This document shows, one piece after another, positions 24,741 to 31,682 of a stretch of 32,000 nucleotides of DNA; within the stretch, counting starts at the first letter, position 1; every line of letters begins with the position of its first letter. This DNA is from Megasphaera elsdenii DSM 20460 (GTDB lineage: Bacteria > Bacillota > Negativicutes > Veillonellales > Megasphaeraceae). The translations under genes were made by a program, and so were the position numbers. Below the pieces are notes generated by a model. That model saw nothing but the letters and a program-made list of their open reading frames with translations. It ran no database searches and had not been told where the DNA came from. The stretch covers positions 510,001 through 542,000 of the forward strand of contig NZ_CP027570.1 of NCBI RefSeq assembly GCF_003010495.1. The letters are read 5' to 3'.

Positions 24741-25583
24741 CTATTTCCCCGTCTGTAATCTTCGGAAGCCGTAATCTAAAATGGTCGGTGCGTCGGTCCA
24801 GCGGTTGTCGTCATTGAACAGGACTAAGACCAGCGTATGGCCGTTGCGCGTCGCCGAAGCAACGAGACATTCGCCAGCAGCATTGGTGAAGCCGGTCTTG
24901 ATACCGTTCGCACCGGGATAACCGCTCGTCAGGAAATGGTTCGTCGTCGTGACGTGTTTCGGTTCCCGACCGTCCAAATATTTTACATCATAGGACTTGA
25001 GTCCTACAATATAACGAAATTCAGGGAAGTTCTTCATACCGTAGGCAGCCATCTTGGCCATATCGATGGCCGTCGTGTGATGGTGGGCTGCCGTCAAGCC
25101 GTTCGGATTGACGAAATTCGTATGAGTCGCTCCCATTTTGACCGCTTCCTGATTCATCTTTTCGGCATAACCGGCGACAGAACCGCCCAAAGTCTGGGCC
25201 ACGGCGACGGCGGCATCATTGCCGGAAACGACCATCATGCCCCGCAGGGCTTCGCGGATGGAAATCGGATCGCCCGGCGAAATCCCCAGACAGGAAGGTT
25301 CCGTATTGGCTGCTTCCCAGGAAATCTGTAAAGGCTGGTCCAATTTATCTTTATACTGGTCCAGGGCCGTAATGAGGGTGACGATCTTCGTCGTGCTCGC
25401 CGGGTGGACCCATTTGGTCGGATAGACCTGATATAATACCTTACCTGTATCGACATCGATCATGCAAGCCGATTCGGCAATCGTCGGCGGCATATCGGCC
25501 TGAGCCGTCACCGTCATGGAGCTAATTATAAAACCGACAGCAATGACCGTCGTCAGCATAATGCGCTTTAAAATAGAAAACAT
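24741..25583 (-). CDS. Serine-type D-Ala-D-Ala carboxypeptidase (peptidase S11, low-MW PBP)
   Basis: Signal peptide. SxxK (ASTTK), SxN (SGND) and KTG (IKTGFT) motifs. Confidence 0.88.
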   Translation of the reverse strand: MFSILKRIMLTTVIAVGFIISSMTVTAQADMPPTIAESACMIDVDTGKVLYQVYPTKWVHPASTTKIVTLITALDQYKDKLDQPLQISWEAANTEPSCLGISPGDPISIREALRGMMVVSGNDAAVAVAQTLGGSVAGYAEKMNQEAVKMGATHTNFVNPNGLTAAHHHTTAIDMAKMAAYGMKNFPEFRYIVGLKSYDVKYLDGREPKHVTTTNHFLTSGYPGANGIKTGFTNAAGECLVASATRNGHTLVLVLFNDDNRWTDAPTILDYGFRRLQTGK

Positions 25584-25972
25584 CCAAGGTCTCCTTCCTC
25601 ATCTAACAAAATTATGAATTGCCAGGGAATACAAATTCTACAATCAAAACATCTGTCATTGAACCTCTCCCACTTATAGAAGTGCGAGATTCTTGAGAAG
25701 TTTGATACATGGACTACCGCCTGACAGCCTATTCCAAAGGAGCTAGCTGTCAGAATATCCTTATTCTCAAAGGGCTGTCCAAAAGCCCCTTACACAGTCC
25801 CTCGAAATCGAAGTTCTGCTTACTTGAGTAGATACACATTTTGCACTTCTTTTCTACCCGTCGCGATTCGCCTATGGCGTCGTGCTGCGGCAAGGGGGAG
25901 TGCTCCTCCGAAAACGGCTCAAAGACCGTTGATTGAAAATACTTTTTTGTTCTCGCAGAAGTTCTAACTGCT
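25584..25972 (-). promoter_or_regulatory. Long (~390 nt) structured 5' leader of the carboxypeptidase/response-regulator operon
   Basis: No credible ORF. Extended -10 promoter at its 5' end. Several nested hairpins; see the finding. Confidence 0.35.
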
Positions 25973-25978
25973 ATTAAT

Positions 25979-25987
25979 ATTATACCA
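25979..25987 (-). promoter_or_regulatory. Extended -10 promoter (TGgTATAAT)
   Basis: Minus strand TGGTATAAT (-10 = 25979-25984), directly downstream of the terminator at 26043-26075. Confidence 0.5.
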
Positions 25988-26042
25988 CAAGCTCGCCATT
26001 CATCCACCACCTAAGAGGTGGGAGTCTTTTGGCGGGAAAAGA

Positions 26043-26075
26043 TAAAAAGAGGCTGTCGCATTAGACAGCCTCTTT
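26043..26075 (-). terminator. Terminator of the macro/CpXC operon (GGCTGTC family)
   Basis: Minus strand AGAGGCTGTC-TAATGC-GACAGCCTCT followed by TTTTTATC. Confidence 0.6.
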
Positions 26076-26115
26076 AGCAGTTCATACCTAGCCAGCCTGA
26101 TAGCATGTTTTGTTT

Positions 26116-26169
26116 ACGACCTGCGGCCTGCGAACCGCGACCGGCAGGCGCCCCACGTGGGCGCCCTAC
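26116..26169 (-). repeat. REP-like extragenic palindrome with GTAG head (copy B)
   Basis: Minus strand GTAGGGCGCCCACGTGGGGCGCCTGCCGGTCGCGGTTCGCAGGCCGCAGGTCGT starts 6 nt after the CpXC stop. Homologous to 6821-6873. Confidence 0.6.
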
Positions 26170-26172
26170 AAA

Positions 26173-26973
26173 TTATTCCGGCTTCACTTCGGCCCGGAAG
26201 ATTTCGTCACCGATGGTCTTGACCCAGAAACCGATGAGGTTGCCGTAGGTTTCACGGTTCTTATCTTCTTCGGCGGCCTTGATGATGTACGTCGTGAACT
26301 GGCGGGCCCAGGAATAGCCGAAACGGTCGAACTGTGCCTTGCGGTTGGCATCGGCGATCTGTTCGATGATGGGCAGGAAAATATCTTTCGTCACTTCTTT
26401 CAAGTGTTCCGTAATGGGATAGACATAGGCCATGCCCTTGGCATCTTTCTGCATGAAGACCAGGGCCAGCTTATCCGGATCATGGCTGTCATCGGCATAG
26501 TCGATGTGATAAGCTTCCAGAGGCAGGCGGTCCTTATCTTCCTGACTGAGGAGCTGATAGGCGCCGTACTTGATGATTTCGTACAGGCGGTCGTCATAGG
26601 AACTTTCCAGTTCGATGATCTTTTCCCGCCATTCGCCCCAAGTCAGGGCGGCCCGGCAGGTGTAGGTCGTGAAGGACGGCGAACCCAGGGCATCCTGGAC
26701 TTCCTTCGACGTGACCCGTTCCTTCGGGTCCGGGATGTGCCAGACCAGGAGCTTCTTGTCGCGGTCGATATAAAGGCACTTGCTTTCCATATGGATCTTG
26801 GCGTGACAATGAGGGCACGTATAGAAGAATAAGTTTTCGTCGAAATGAACGCGTTCGCTCAATTTCGCATCAGCCGTATCGATGACGTCCCACGTATGGA
26901 AAACGCCGTATTCGTGGCAGGCCGGGCACTGGATAGTAACGTCCAGGTCATGGGTTCCGTTTTTCTTTGCCAT
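26173..26973 (-). CDS. CpXC-domain zinc-ribbon protein
   Basis: Two CPxCH motifs (CPACHE, CPHCHA) about 35 aa apart in the N-terminal ~70 aa, as in the CpXC family. The C-terminal ~190 aa is unassigned. The ATG lies 3 nt after the macro gene stop. Confidence 0.65.
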   Translation of the reverse strand: MAKKNGTHDLDVTIQCPACHEYGVFHTWDVIDTADAKLSERVHFDENLFFYTCPHCHAKIHMESKCLYIDRDKKLLVWHIPDPKERVTSKEVQDALGSPSFTTYTCRAALTWGEWREKIIELESSYDDRLYEIIKYGAYQLLSQEDKDRLPLEAYHIDYADDSHDPDKLALVFMQKDAKGMAYVYPITEHLKEVTKDIFLPIIEQIADANRKAQFDRFGYSWARQFTTYIIKAAEEDKNRETYGNLIGFWVKTIGDEIFRAEVKPE

Positions 26974-26976
26974 AAG

Positions 26977-27723
26977 TTACACTCCTTCCGTACGACTTGC
27001 CGGATATAAAGCCATGATTTTCGAGGCGGCCTGTTCGATGTCGACGAGGCTGCGCTTCCTCAATTTCAAGAAAGGATGGACAATGGCTTCGATTTTCTTG
27101 ACTTCTTCAGACAAGGCAATGGGGTCCGGTGCATCGTCGCAGCTCTGCAGCAAGGCCAGGGCCGGACCGGCTTCTTCCATCATGGCTGCCTGTTCGTTGC
27201 CGGCAGCTTCTCCCAGATGGCGGAGCCAGAAAAAGACAGCGGCTTTTGTATAGGCTTCCTGTTCTTCCGGGCTCGTGCAGACCATGTCGATGCGATCGAA
27301 ACCGGCCCCTTCGGTCAAGAGCAGGGGGACAGCAGCGGCCGCAGCCCGCTGCAGGGGATAACGCTTTTCTTCCGTACTCAGCGAGGCAAATGCAAGGTGC
27401 TTCAAATGTTTTTCATCGGCCAGATGAAGGGCTTTCTTATAAGCCGACAACAATTCCCCTTCTTCGCCACGCTTGCCGCCGACCCAGTAGGGGCCGACAG
27501 CATGGATAATGAAGGAAGCCTTTAATTTATAACCCTTGGTCATGACAGCACTGCCGACGTGGCACATGCCGAGGGTACGGCATGAAGCGGAAAAAGACAG
27601 GCCGCCTTTCTGATGAATCTTACTGCTGACGCTATTCGTTGGCAAGAGAGTCGAGCTGGCGGAATAGACGAGGCCGTCAGCCTTCCACTCGGATAAATCA
27701 CCTAGTAATACACGAAACTGCAT
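26977..27723 (-). CDS. Divergent macro-domain protein with ~90-aa C-terminal extension
   Basis: GDLSEWKADGLVYSAS, GMCHVGSAVMTKGYKLKASFIIHAVGP and LAFASLST....YP follow the MacroD/YmdB scaffold. ATG 27723 preferred over the track's GTG 27732 (RBS AAAGGGTG). Confidence 0.65.
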   Translation of the reverse strand: MQFRVLLGDLSEWKADGLVYSASSTLLPTNSVSSKIHQKGGLSFSASCRTLGMCHVGSAVMTKGYKLKASFIIHAVGPYWVGGKRGEEGELLSAYKKALHLADEKHLKHLAFASLSTEEKRYPLQRAAAAAVPLLLTEGAGFDRIDMVCTSPEEQEAYTKAAVFFWLRHLGEAAGNEQAAMMEEAGPALALLQSCDDAPDPIALSEEVKKIEAIVHPFLKLRKRSLVDIEQAASKIMALYPASRTEGV

Positions 27724-27759
27724 CGTAGTCACACCCTTTCAAAATGGTTACTCTATCCT

Positions 27760-27768
27760 ATTATACCA
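27760..27768 (-). promoter_or_regulatory. Extended -10 promoter (TGgTATAAT) for the macro/CpXC pair
   Basis: Minus strand TGGTATAAT abutting the stop codon of the upstream gene (27769-27771). Confidence 0.5.
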
Positions 27769-28686
27769 TTACTTGACAAAGGTATTAATAGCTTTCTTGA
27801 GATTTTCTACGGCTTCTGCGTCTCCTTCATGGATGGCATCGACGATGCAGTGGTCGATGTGGTCCTTGAGGATGACCCGGCTCACGCCGGCAATGGCCGA
27901 GTGGACGGCCGCCAGCTGGACCAGGACGTCGCTGCAGTCGCGGCCGTCTTCGATCATGCGCTTGATGGCTTCGACGTGGCCCGTAATGCGCGACAGCCGG
28001 TTGAGGACGCGTTTCGTTTCCGTATGGTGATGGTCATGATGGGTACCGGCGTGTGCCTGAGCAGGCTGTTCTTCTTCATCGTCATAGACGAAATCGGCTT
28101 CGTCGGCGGCCTTGACGACCTTGATGAAATAGAACCGGTCCGTATCCATGGCCATGACGATGGAAAAGCCGGCGCTGATCAGCTTCTCTTCCAAAATATC
28201 CACCGGCGGCAGCACGGGCGCGCCGCCATGGATGGCGTTGACGGCCTGGCGGGGCAGGTCGTGCATGATGAGTAGCATCCCGCCGGGCACCAGGGCCTCA
28301 TAGAGGCGGCGGATGACATCGCGGCTGTGTTCCGCAATGTGGGGATAGAAATTGAGACAGCAGACGACATCATAATGTTTCCTAGGAAAAGCATATTTCA
28401 GGACATTGCCCGTCGTAAAGGTGACATTGGCCAGGTGAGAAAATTTATCCTTGGCCACGTCGATCATCTGCTGGGAATAGTCGAAGCCTTCCACACTGCC
28501 TTCATCTCCAGCCGCTGCGGATAAGTAAGGCAAGAGCACGCCCGTCCCACAGCCCGCATCGAGGATGGCTGAACCGGGCCGGATGGCCGCCAGCTCCATG
28601 AAAGACGATAAGACCCGGTCGTCCGCCTTGCGGTCGCGGTCCCAATTTTTCGCATAATTTTCAAAAAAGACATGTTCCTTATCCAT
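27769..28686 (-). CDS. Fusion protein: class I SAM-dependent methyltransferase (N-terminal) + CsoR/RcnR/FrmR-family metal-sensing repressor domain (C-terminal)
   Basis: Motif I ILDAGCGTGVLL and post-I GFDYS. Acidic and His-rich linker DDEEEQPAQAHAGTHHDHHH. C-terminal RLSRITGHVEAIKRMIEDGRDCSDVLVQLAAVHSAIAGVSRVILKDHIDHCIV matches the DUF156/CsoR core, with the Cys and H-x3-C ligand positions present. Confidence 0.7.
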   Translation of the reverse strand: MDKEHVFFENYAKNWDRDRKADDRVLSSFMELAAIRPGSAILDAGCGTGVLLPYLSAAAGDEGSVEGFDYSQQMIDVAKDKFSHLANVTFTTGNVLKYAFPRKHYDVVCCLNFYPHIAEHSRDVIRRLYEALVPGGMLLIMHDLPRQAVNAIHGGAPVLPPVDILEEKLISAGFSIVMAMDTDRFYFIKVVKAADEADFVYDDEEEQPAQAHAGTHHDHHHTETKRVLNRLSRITGHVEAIKRMIEDGRDCSDVLVQLAAVHSAIAGVSRVILKDHIDHCIVDAIHEGDAEAVENLKKAINTFVK

Positions 28687-28762
28687 AGGGATTCCCCTTT
28701 TTTCGAGTTTATAGTAAGCAGTGGTTCATGGTTCGTGGCTCGTGACTTGTACCCCACGGTTT

Positions 28763-28865
28763 GTAGGGGCCGTCCCAAAGGGAGGCCGTAAAAAACATTC
28801 CCTCAGGCTGACCAATGGTATGGCTGACTGTTCACGGCGGGCCGCCTTGACAGGACGGCCCCTAC
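28763..28865. repeat. REPIN-like doublet: two GTAG-headed palindromes in inverted orientation
   Basis: Perfect 13-bp inverted repeat GTAGGGGCCGTCC (28763-28775) / GGACGGCCCCTAC (28853-28865) with a 77-nt spacer. Each arm continues into its own imperfect palindrome. Confidence 0.55.
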
Positions 28866-28971
28866 GAAACACTAACTGCTAAAAAAGGGACTGTCGCACA
28901 AAAGCTATTGCTATCATGCGTGGTCCCTATCTCTTTGTAGTTCGGAGTTAGTGGTTAGCCACTAATCACTT

Positions 28972-29005
28972 AAAAGGGCTTGTCGTCATACGACAAGCCC
29001 TTTTT
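28972..29005. terminator. Terminator hairpin after the tRNA array
   Basis: GGGCTTGTCG-TCATA-CGACAAGCCC with T-runs on both strands, directly 3' of tRNA-Leu. Confidence 0.6.
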
Positions 29006-29008
29006 ACA

Positions 29009-29094
29009 TGGTGCGGTTGGGGGGACTTGAACCCCCATGAACTTTCGTTCACTACCCCCTCAAAGTAGCGCGTCTGCCATTCCGCCACAACCGC
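29009..29094 (-). tRNA. tRNA-Leu (anticodon GAG), copy 1
   Basis: rc = GCGGTTGTGGCGGAATGGCAGACGCGCTACTTTGAGGGGGTAGTGAACGAAAGTTCATGGGGGTTCAAGTCCCCCCAACCGCACCA. Type II tRNA with a long variable arm, anticodon loop TTGAGGG and an encoded CCA. Confidence 0.9.
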
Positions 29095-29119
29095 ATATAA
29101 AATTGTAAAAAAAAGAATA

Positions 29120-29196
29120 TGGCGACCCCGATCAGATTTGAACTGACGATCTTCGCCGTGACAGGGCGACATGTTAAACCGCTACACCACGGGGCC
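29120..29196 (-). tRNA. tRNA-Asp (anticodon GTC), copy 1
   Basis: rc = GGCCCCGTGGTGTAGCGGTTTAACATGTCGCCCTGTCACGGCGAAGATCGTCAGTTCAAATCTGATCGGGGTCGCCA. Anticodon loop CTGTCAC, discriminator G, encoded CCA. Confidence 0.9.
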
Positions 29197-29229
29197 GTTT
29201 CTATTCAGCGCTCCTCTTTTGAGAAGCTA

Positions 29230-29315
29230 TGGTGCGGTTGGGGGGACTTGAACCCCCATGAGCTTTCGCTCACTACCCCCTCAAAGTAGCGCGTCTGCCA
29301 TTCCGCCACAACCGC
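29230..29315 (-). tRNA. tRNA-Leu (anticodon GAG), copy 2
   Basis: Identical to copy 1 except for a paired change in the variable-arm stem (GAGC/GCTC versus GAAC/GTTC). Confidence 0.9.
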
Positions 29316-29333
29316 ATGATAGGTAATTGATGT

Positions 29334-29409
29334 TGGTGCTCAGGGACGGAATTGAACCGCCGACACGGGGATTTTCAGTCCCCTGCTCTACCGACTGAGC
29401 TACCTGAGC
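29334..29409 (-). tRNA. tRNA-Phe (anticodon GAA)
   Basis: rc = GCTCAGGTAGCTCAGTCGGTAGAGCAGGGGACTGAAAATCCCCGTGTCGGCGGTTCAATTCCGTCCCTGAGCACCA. Confidence 0.92.
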
Positions 29410-29416
29410 AAAAAAG

Positions 29417-29493
29417 TGGCGACCCCGATCAGATTTGAACTGACGATCTTCGCCGTGACAGGGCGACATGTTAAACCGCTACACCACGGGGCC
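29417..29493 (-). tRNA. tRNA-Asp (anticodon GTC), copy 2
   Basis: Sequence identical to 29120-29196. Confidence 0.9.
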
Positions 29494-29534
29494 GTTTCAC
29501 CATTGTTTCAGCACGGAGTGCCTCAACGAAAACT

Positions 29535-29563
29535 ATTCTACCATGACCTGTCGTTTTTGGCAA
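29535..29563 (-). promoter_or_regulatory. Promoter of the tRNA array with an A-rich UP-like element
   Basis: Minus strand TTGCCA (29558-29563), 17-nt spacer, TAGAAT (29535-29540). Preceded by AAAAAAAGATAAAAAAAGAC. Confidence 0.6.
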
Positions 29564-29699
29564 GTCTTTTTTTATCTTTTTTTCCGGTAATTCAAAAATT
29601 CCCTCTATGTTATCGGCCCCGTTTGATGTATAATATAGCCGGTATGCTTTGTTTACATCGTTTTTACAAAGAGTTTTACAGAGAGGATAGAACAAACAC

Positions 29700-31520
29700 A
29701 TGGTTCATGCAATGAAGACCTTCAGCAAATGGCGGCACAGACTCTTGCCGCTGTGTATCATCTTTGCCGTAGTTTATGGCTGCTGCTTTGAATGGCAGTT
29801 TCTCATTTCCCTGGGCATGGGGCCCGACAATATCGAAGACATGACCTTCGGCTTGCTGCCCGGCGTCGGCGCTGTCGTCCTGTCCCTGGCCCTGTATTGG
29901 AAACACTTGTCCCCAGGCGCCATCATCCCGCCGGCCCTCATCGGCCTGGGCTGGATTATCACGGGACCTTATTTGAGTTACATTTCCCTGATCAATACCA
30001 ACACGATTTACTTGAACAATATATATGATATATACGTAGGACTATACTTTTTTGCTATCTTTTTCTGCCTGAACATGATTGTCCGGCAGTACATCCCCCA
30101 CAAAACCGGAGCGGTCTTCATGACGATCGTCCAGTTCGCGGCCTTCTTCGTCATCCTGCTCCAGTGGGTCTACTATTTCCTTTACAACTCGTCGATCACG
30201 ACATCCGGCGCCTTGCTCATCTTCCAGACGGGCCCGGCTGAGACCCTGGAATACTTCCATTCCCTGGGGCTGTTCAAGGTAGCCGCCATCGTCATCGTCC
30301 TGGCCCTGATTTTGGCAGGACTGTTCCTCTTGAACTATCGCCAGCGCGTCCTGCCCAGGACCCACGTCTACCGCAAGGTCCTCCCTATCGTCTCGCTGCT
30401 GCTCATCATCGCCCCGTCCGTCGGCGCCTTGAGCGAAGAAATCTTCCCGGAAGCCTTTCCGATCCGGACCTTCATCGACACACACGACTATATGAAGCGG
30501 TCGGCTATGTACGCCGAAAACCATGACGACAAATACACCGCCCTCCAGGCCGTCCAGCTCCATCCGGCCGACTACCCCAACACGGTCATCGTCGTCATCG
30601 GCGAATCGGAAACGCGGACCCTCATGAACGCCTATAATCCGGACCACGTGCCCAATACGCCGTGGCTGACGGCGATGAAATCCAACCCGGACTTCACACT
30701 GTTCACCAACGCCTACAGCTGCGTCTGGTACACCGTCCCCGTCCTGGAACACGCCCTGACGGAATCGAATTTCTACAACGACAAGCCCTTCAACGAATCC
30801 ATTTCCATCATCGACATGGCCAAGAAAGCCGGCTATAAGACGTACTGGTTCAGCAACCAGGGTTCTGTCGGCGTCGCCGATACGCCTATCACCTTGGTGG
30901 CCAATACGGCAGATGTCTCCGAATGGGTCGACCGGGACCTGAAGGAATCGACGCTGGACGGCGCCCTCCTGCAGTTCCTCAAGCGCGTCGATCCCAAGGA
31001 AAAGAACTTCGTCGTCCTCCACATCATGGGCAGCCATATCGAATACCGCAACCGCTACCCCAAGGAATTTCAGAAATTCAATGACGGCAAGATCAACCAG
31101 GAAGCCGATTTCGACAATACCGTCCTCTATACGGACTGGGTCCTGTCGCAGATTTACGACTACGCCCGGGACAACCTCCATCTCGACGCCATGGTTTACT
31201 TCTCGGACCACGGCAGCGATCCCGACGTCGCCCGCCAGCCCGACAGCGCCAGCTTCAAGGTCCTGCGCATCCCCATGTTCTGCTACCTGTCCGACGCCTA
31301 CCAGAAGCGCAATCCCGATGTCGTCAAAGCCATCAAGGCCAATAAAGACAAGTACTTCACGAACGACCTGGAATACGAATTTATCTGCGGCGTCCTAAAC
31401 ATGCAGTCGCCGAACTACGACCCGGCCATGTCCATCGCCTCGTCGAAATGGAGCATGGAACGGAAAGACCTGAAGACCCGCTTCGGCAAGACCAGCCTCA
31501 TGGAGGACACAGAATATTAG
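29700..31520 (+). CDS. Phosphoethanolamine transferase-like membrane enzyme (EptA/LptA-type sulfatase fold)
   Basis: N-terminal multi-TM region (~230 aa). Periplasmic domain with VVIGESETR, HIMGSHIEYRNRYP and YFSDHGS blocks resembling EptA-family motifs. The alternative start is ATG 29712. Confidence 0.7.
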   Translation: MVHAMKTFSKWRHRLLPLCIIFAVVYGCCFEWQFLISLGMGPDNIEDMTFGLLPGVGAVVLSLALYWKHLSPGAIIPPALIGLGWIITGPYLSYISLINTNTIYLNNIYDIYVGLYFFAIFFCLNMIVRQYIPHKTGAVFMTIVQFAAFFVILLQWVYYFLYNSSITTSGALLIFQTGPAETLEYFHSLGLFKVAAIVIVLALILAGLFLLNYRQRVLPRTHVYRKVLPIVSLLLIIAPSVGALSEEIFPEAFPIRTFIDTHDYMKRSAMYAENHDDKYTALQAVQLHPADYPNTVIVVIGESETRTLMNAYNPDHVPNTPWLTAMKSNPDFTLFTNAYSCVWYTVPVLEHALTESNFYNDKPFNESISIIDMAKKAGYKTYWFSNQGSVGVADTPITLVANTADVSEWVDRDLKESTLDGALLQFLKRVDPKEKNFVVLHIMGSHIEYRNRYPKEFQKFNDGKINQEADFDNTVLYTDWVLSQIYDYARDNLHLDAMVYFSDHGSDPDVARQPDSASFKVLRIPMFCYLSDAYQKRNPDVVKAIKANKDKYFTNDLEYEFICGVLNMQSPNYDPAMSIASSKWSMERKDLKTRFGKTSLMEDTEY

Positions 31521-31597
31521 GAGCCTGCGGCTCCGTGGGTCGTGAACCGTGGACCGTAAGTCGTCTTCGCCAAACGAACCACGCCAAACGAATCACG

Positions 31598-31632
31598 AAA
31601 AGAGCTTATCGCTACGCGACAAGCTCTTTTTA
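31598..31632 (+). terminator. Rho-independent terminator (GCTxxTCGC family)
   Basis: AGAGCTTATCGC-TAC-GCGACAAGCTCT followed by TTTTT. Confidence 0.6.
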
Positions 31633-31682
31633 TTTGGAGTATAATAGAACTAACACCACATTTTCCCAAAGGAGGTATTTCT

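Noticed and set aside
25750-26010. 86-aa ORF inside the dac leader.
   Set aside because: It has a GTG start without an RBS and starts upstream of the predicted promoter's -10. No family resemblance. The region is treated as untranslated leader.
28966-29715. ORFs 28966-29172, 29281-29469, 29416-29715 and 29471-29701.
   Set aside because: They run through tRNA genes or their promoter region. The repeated MSPCHGEDRQFKSDRGRH is simply a translation of the tRNA-Asp gene sequence itself.
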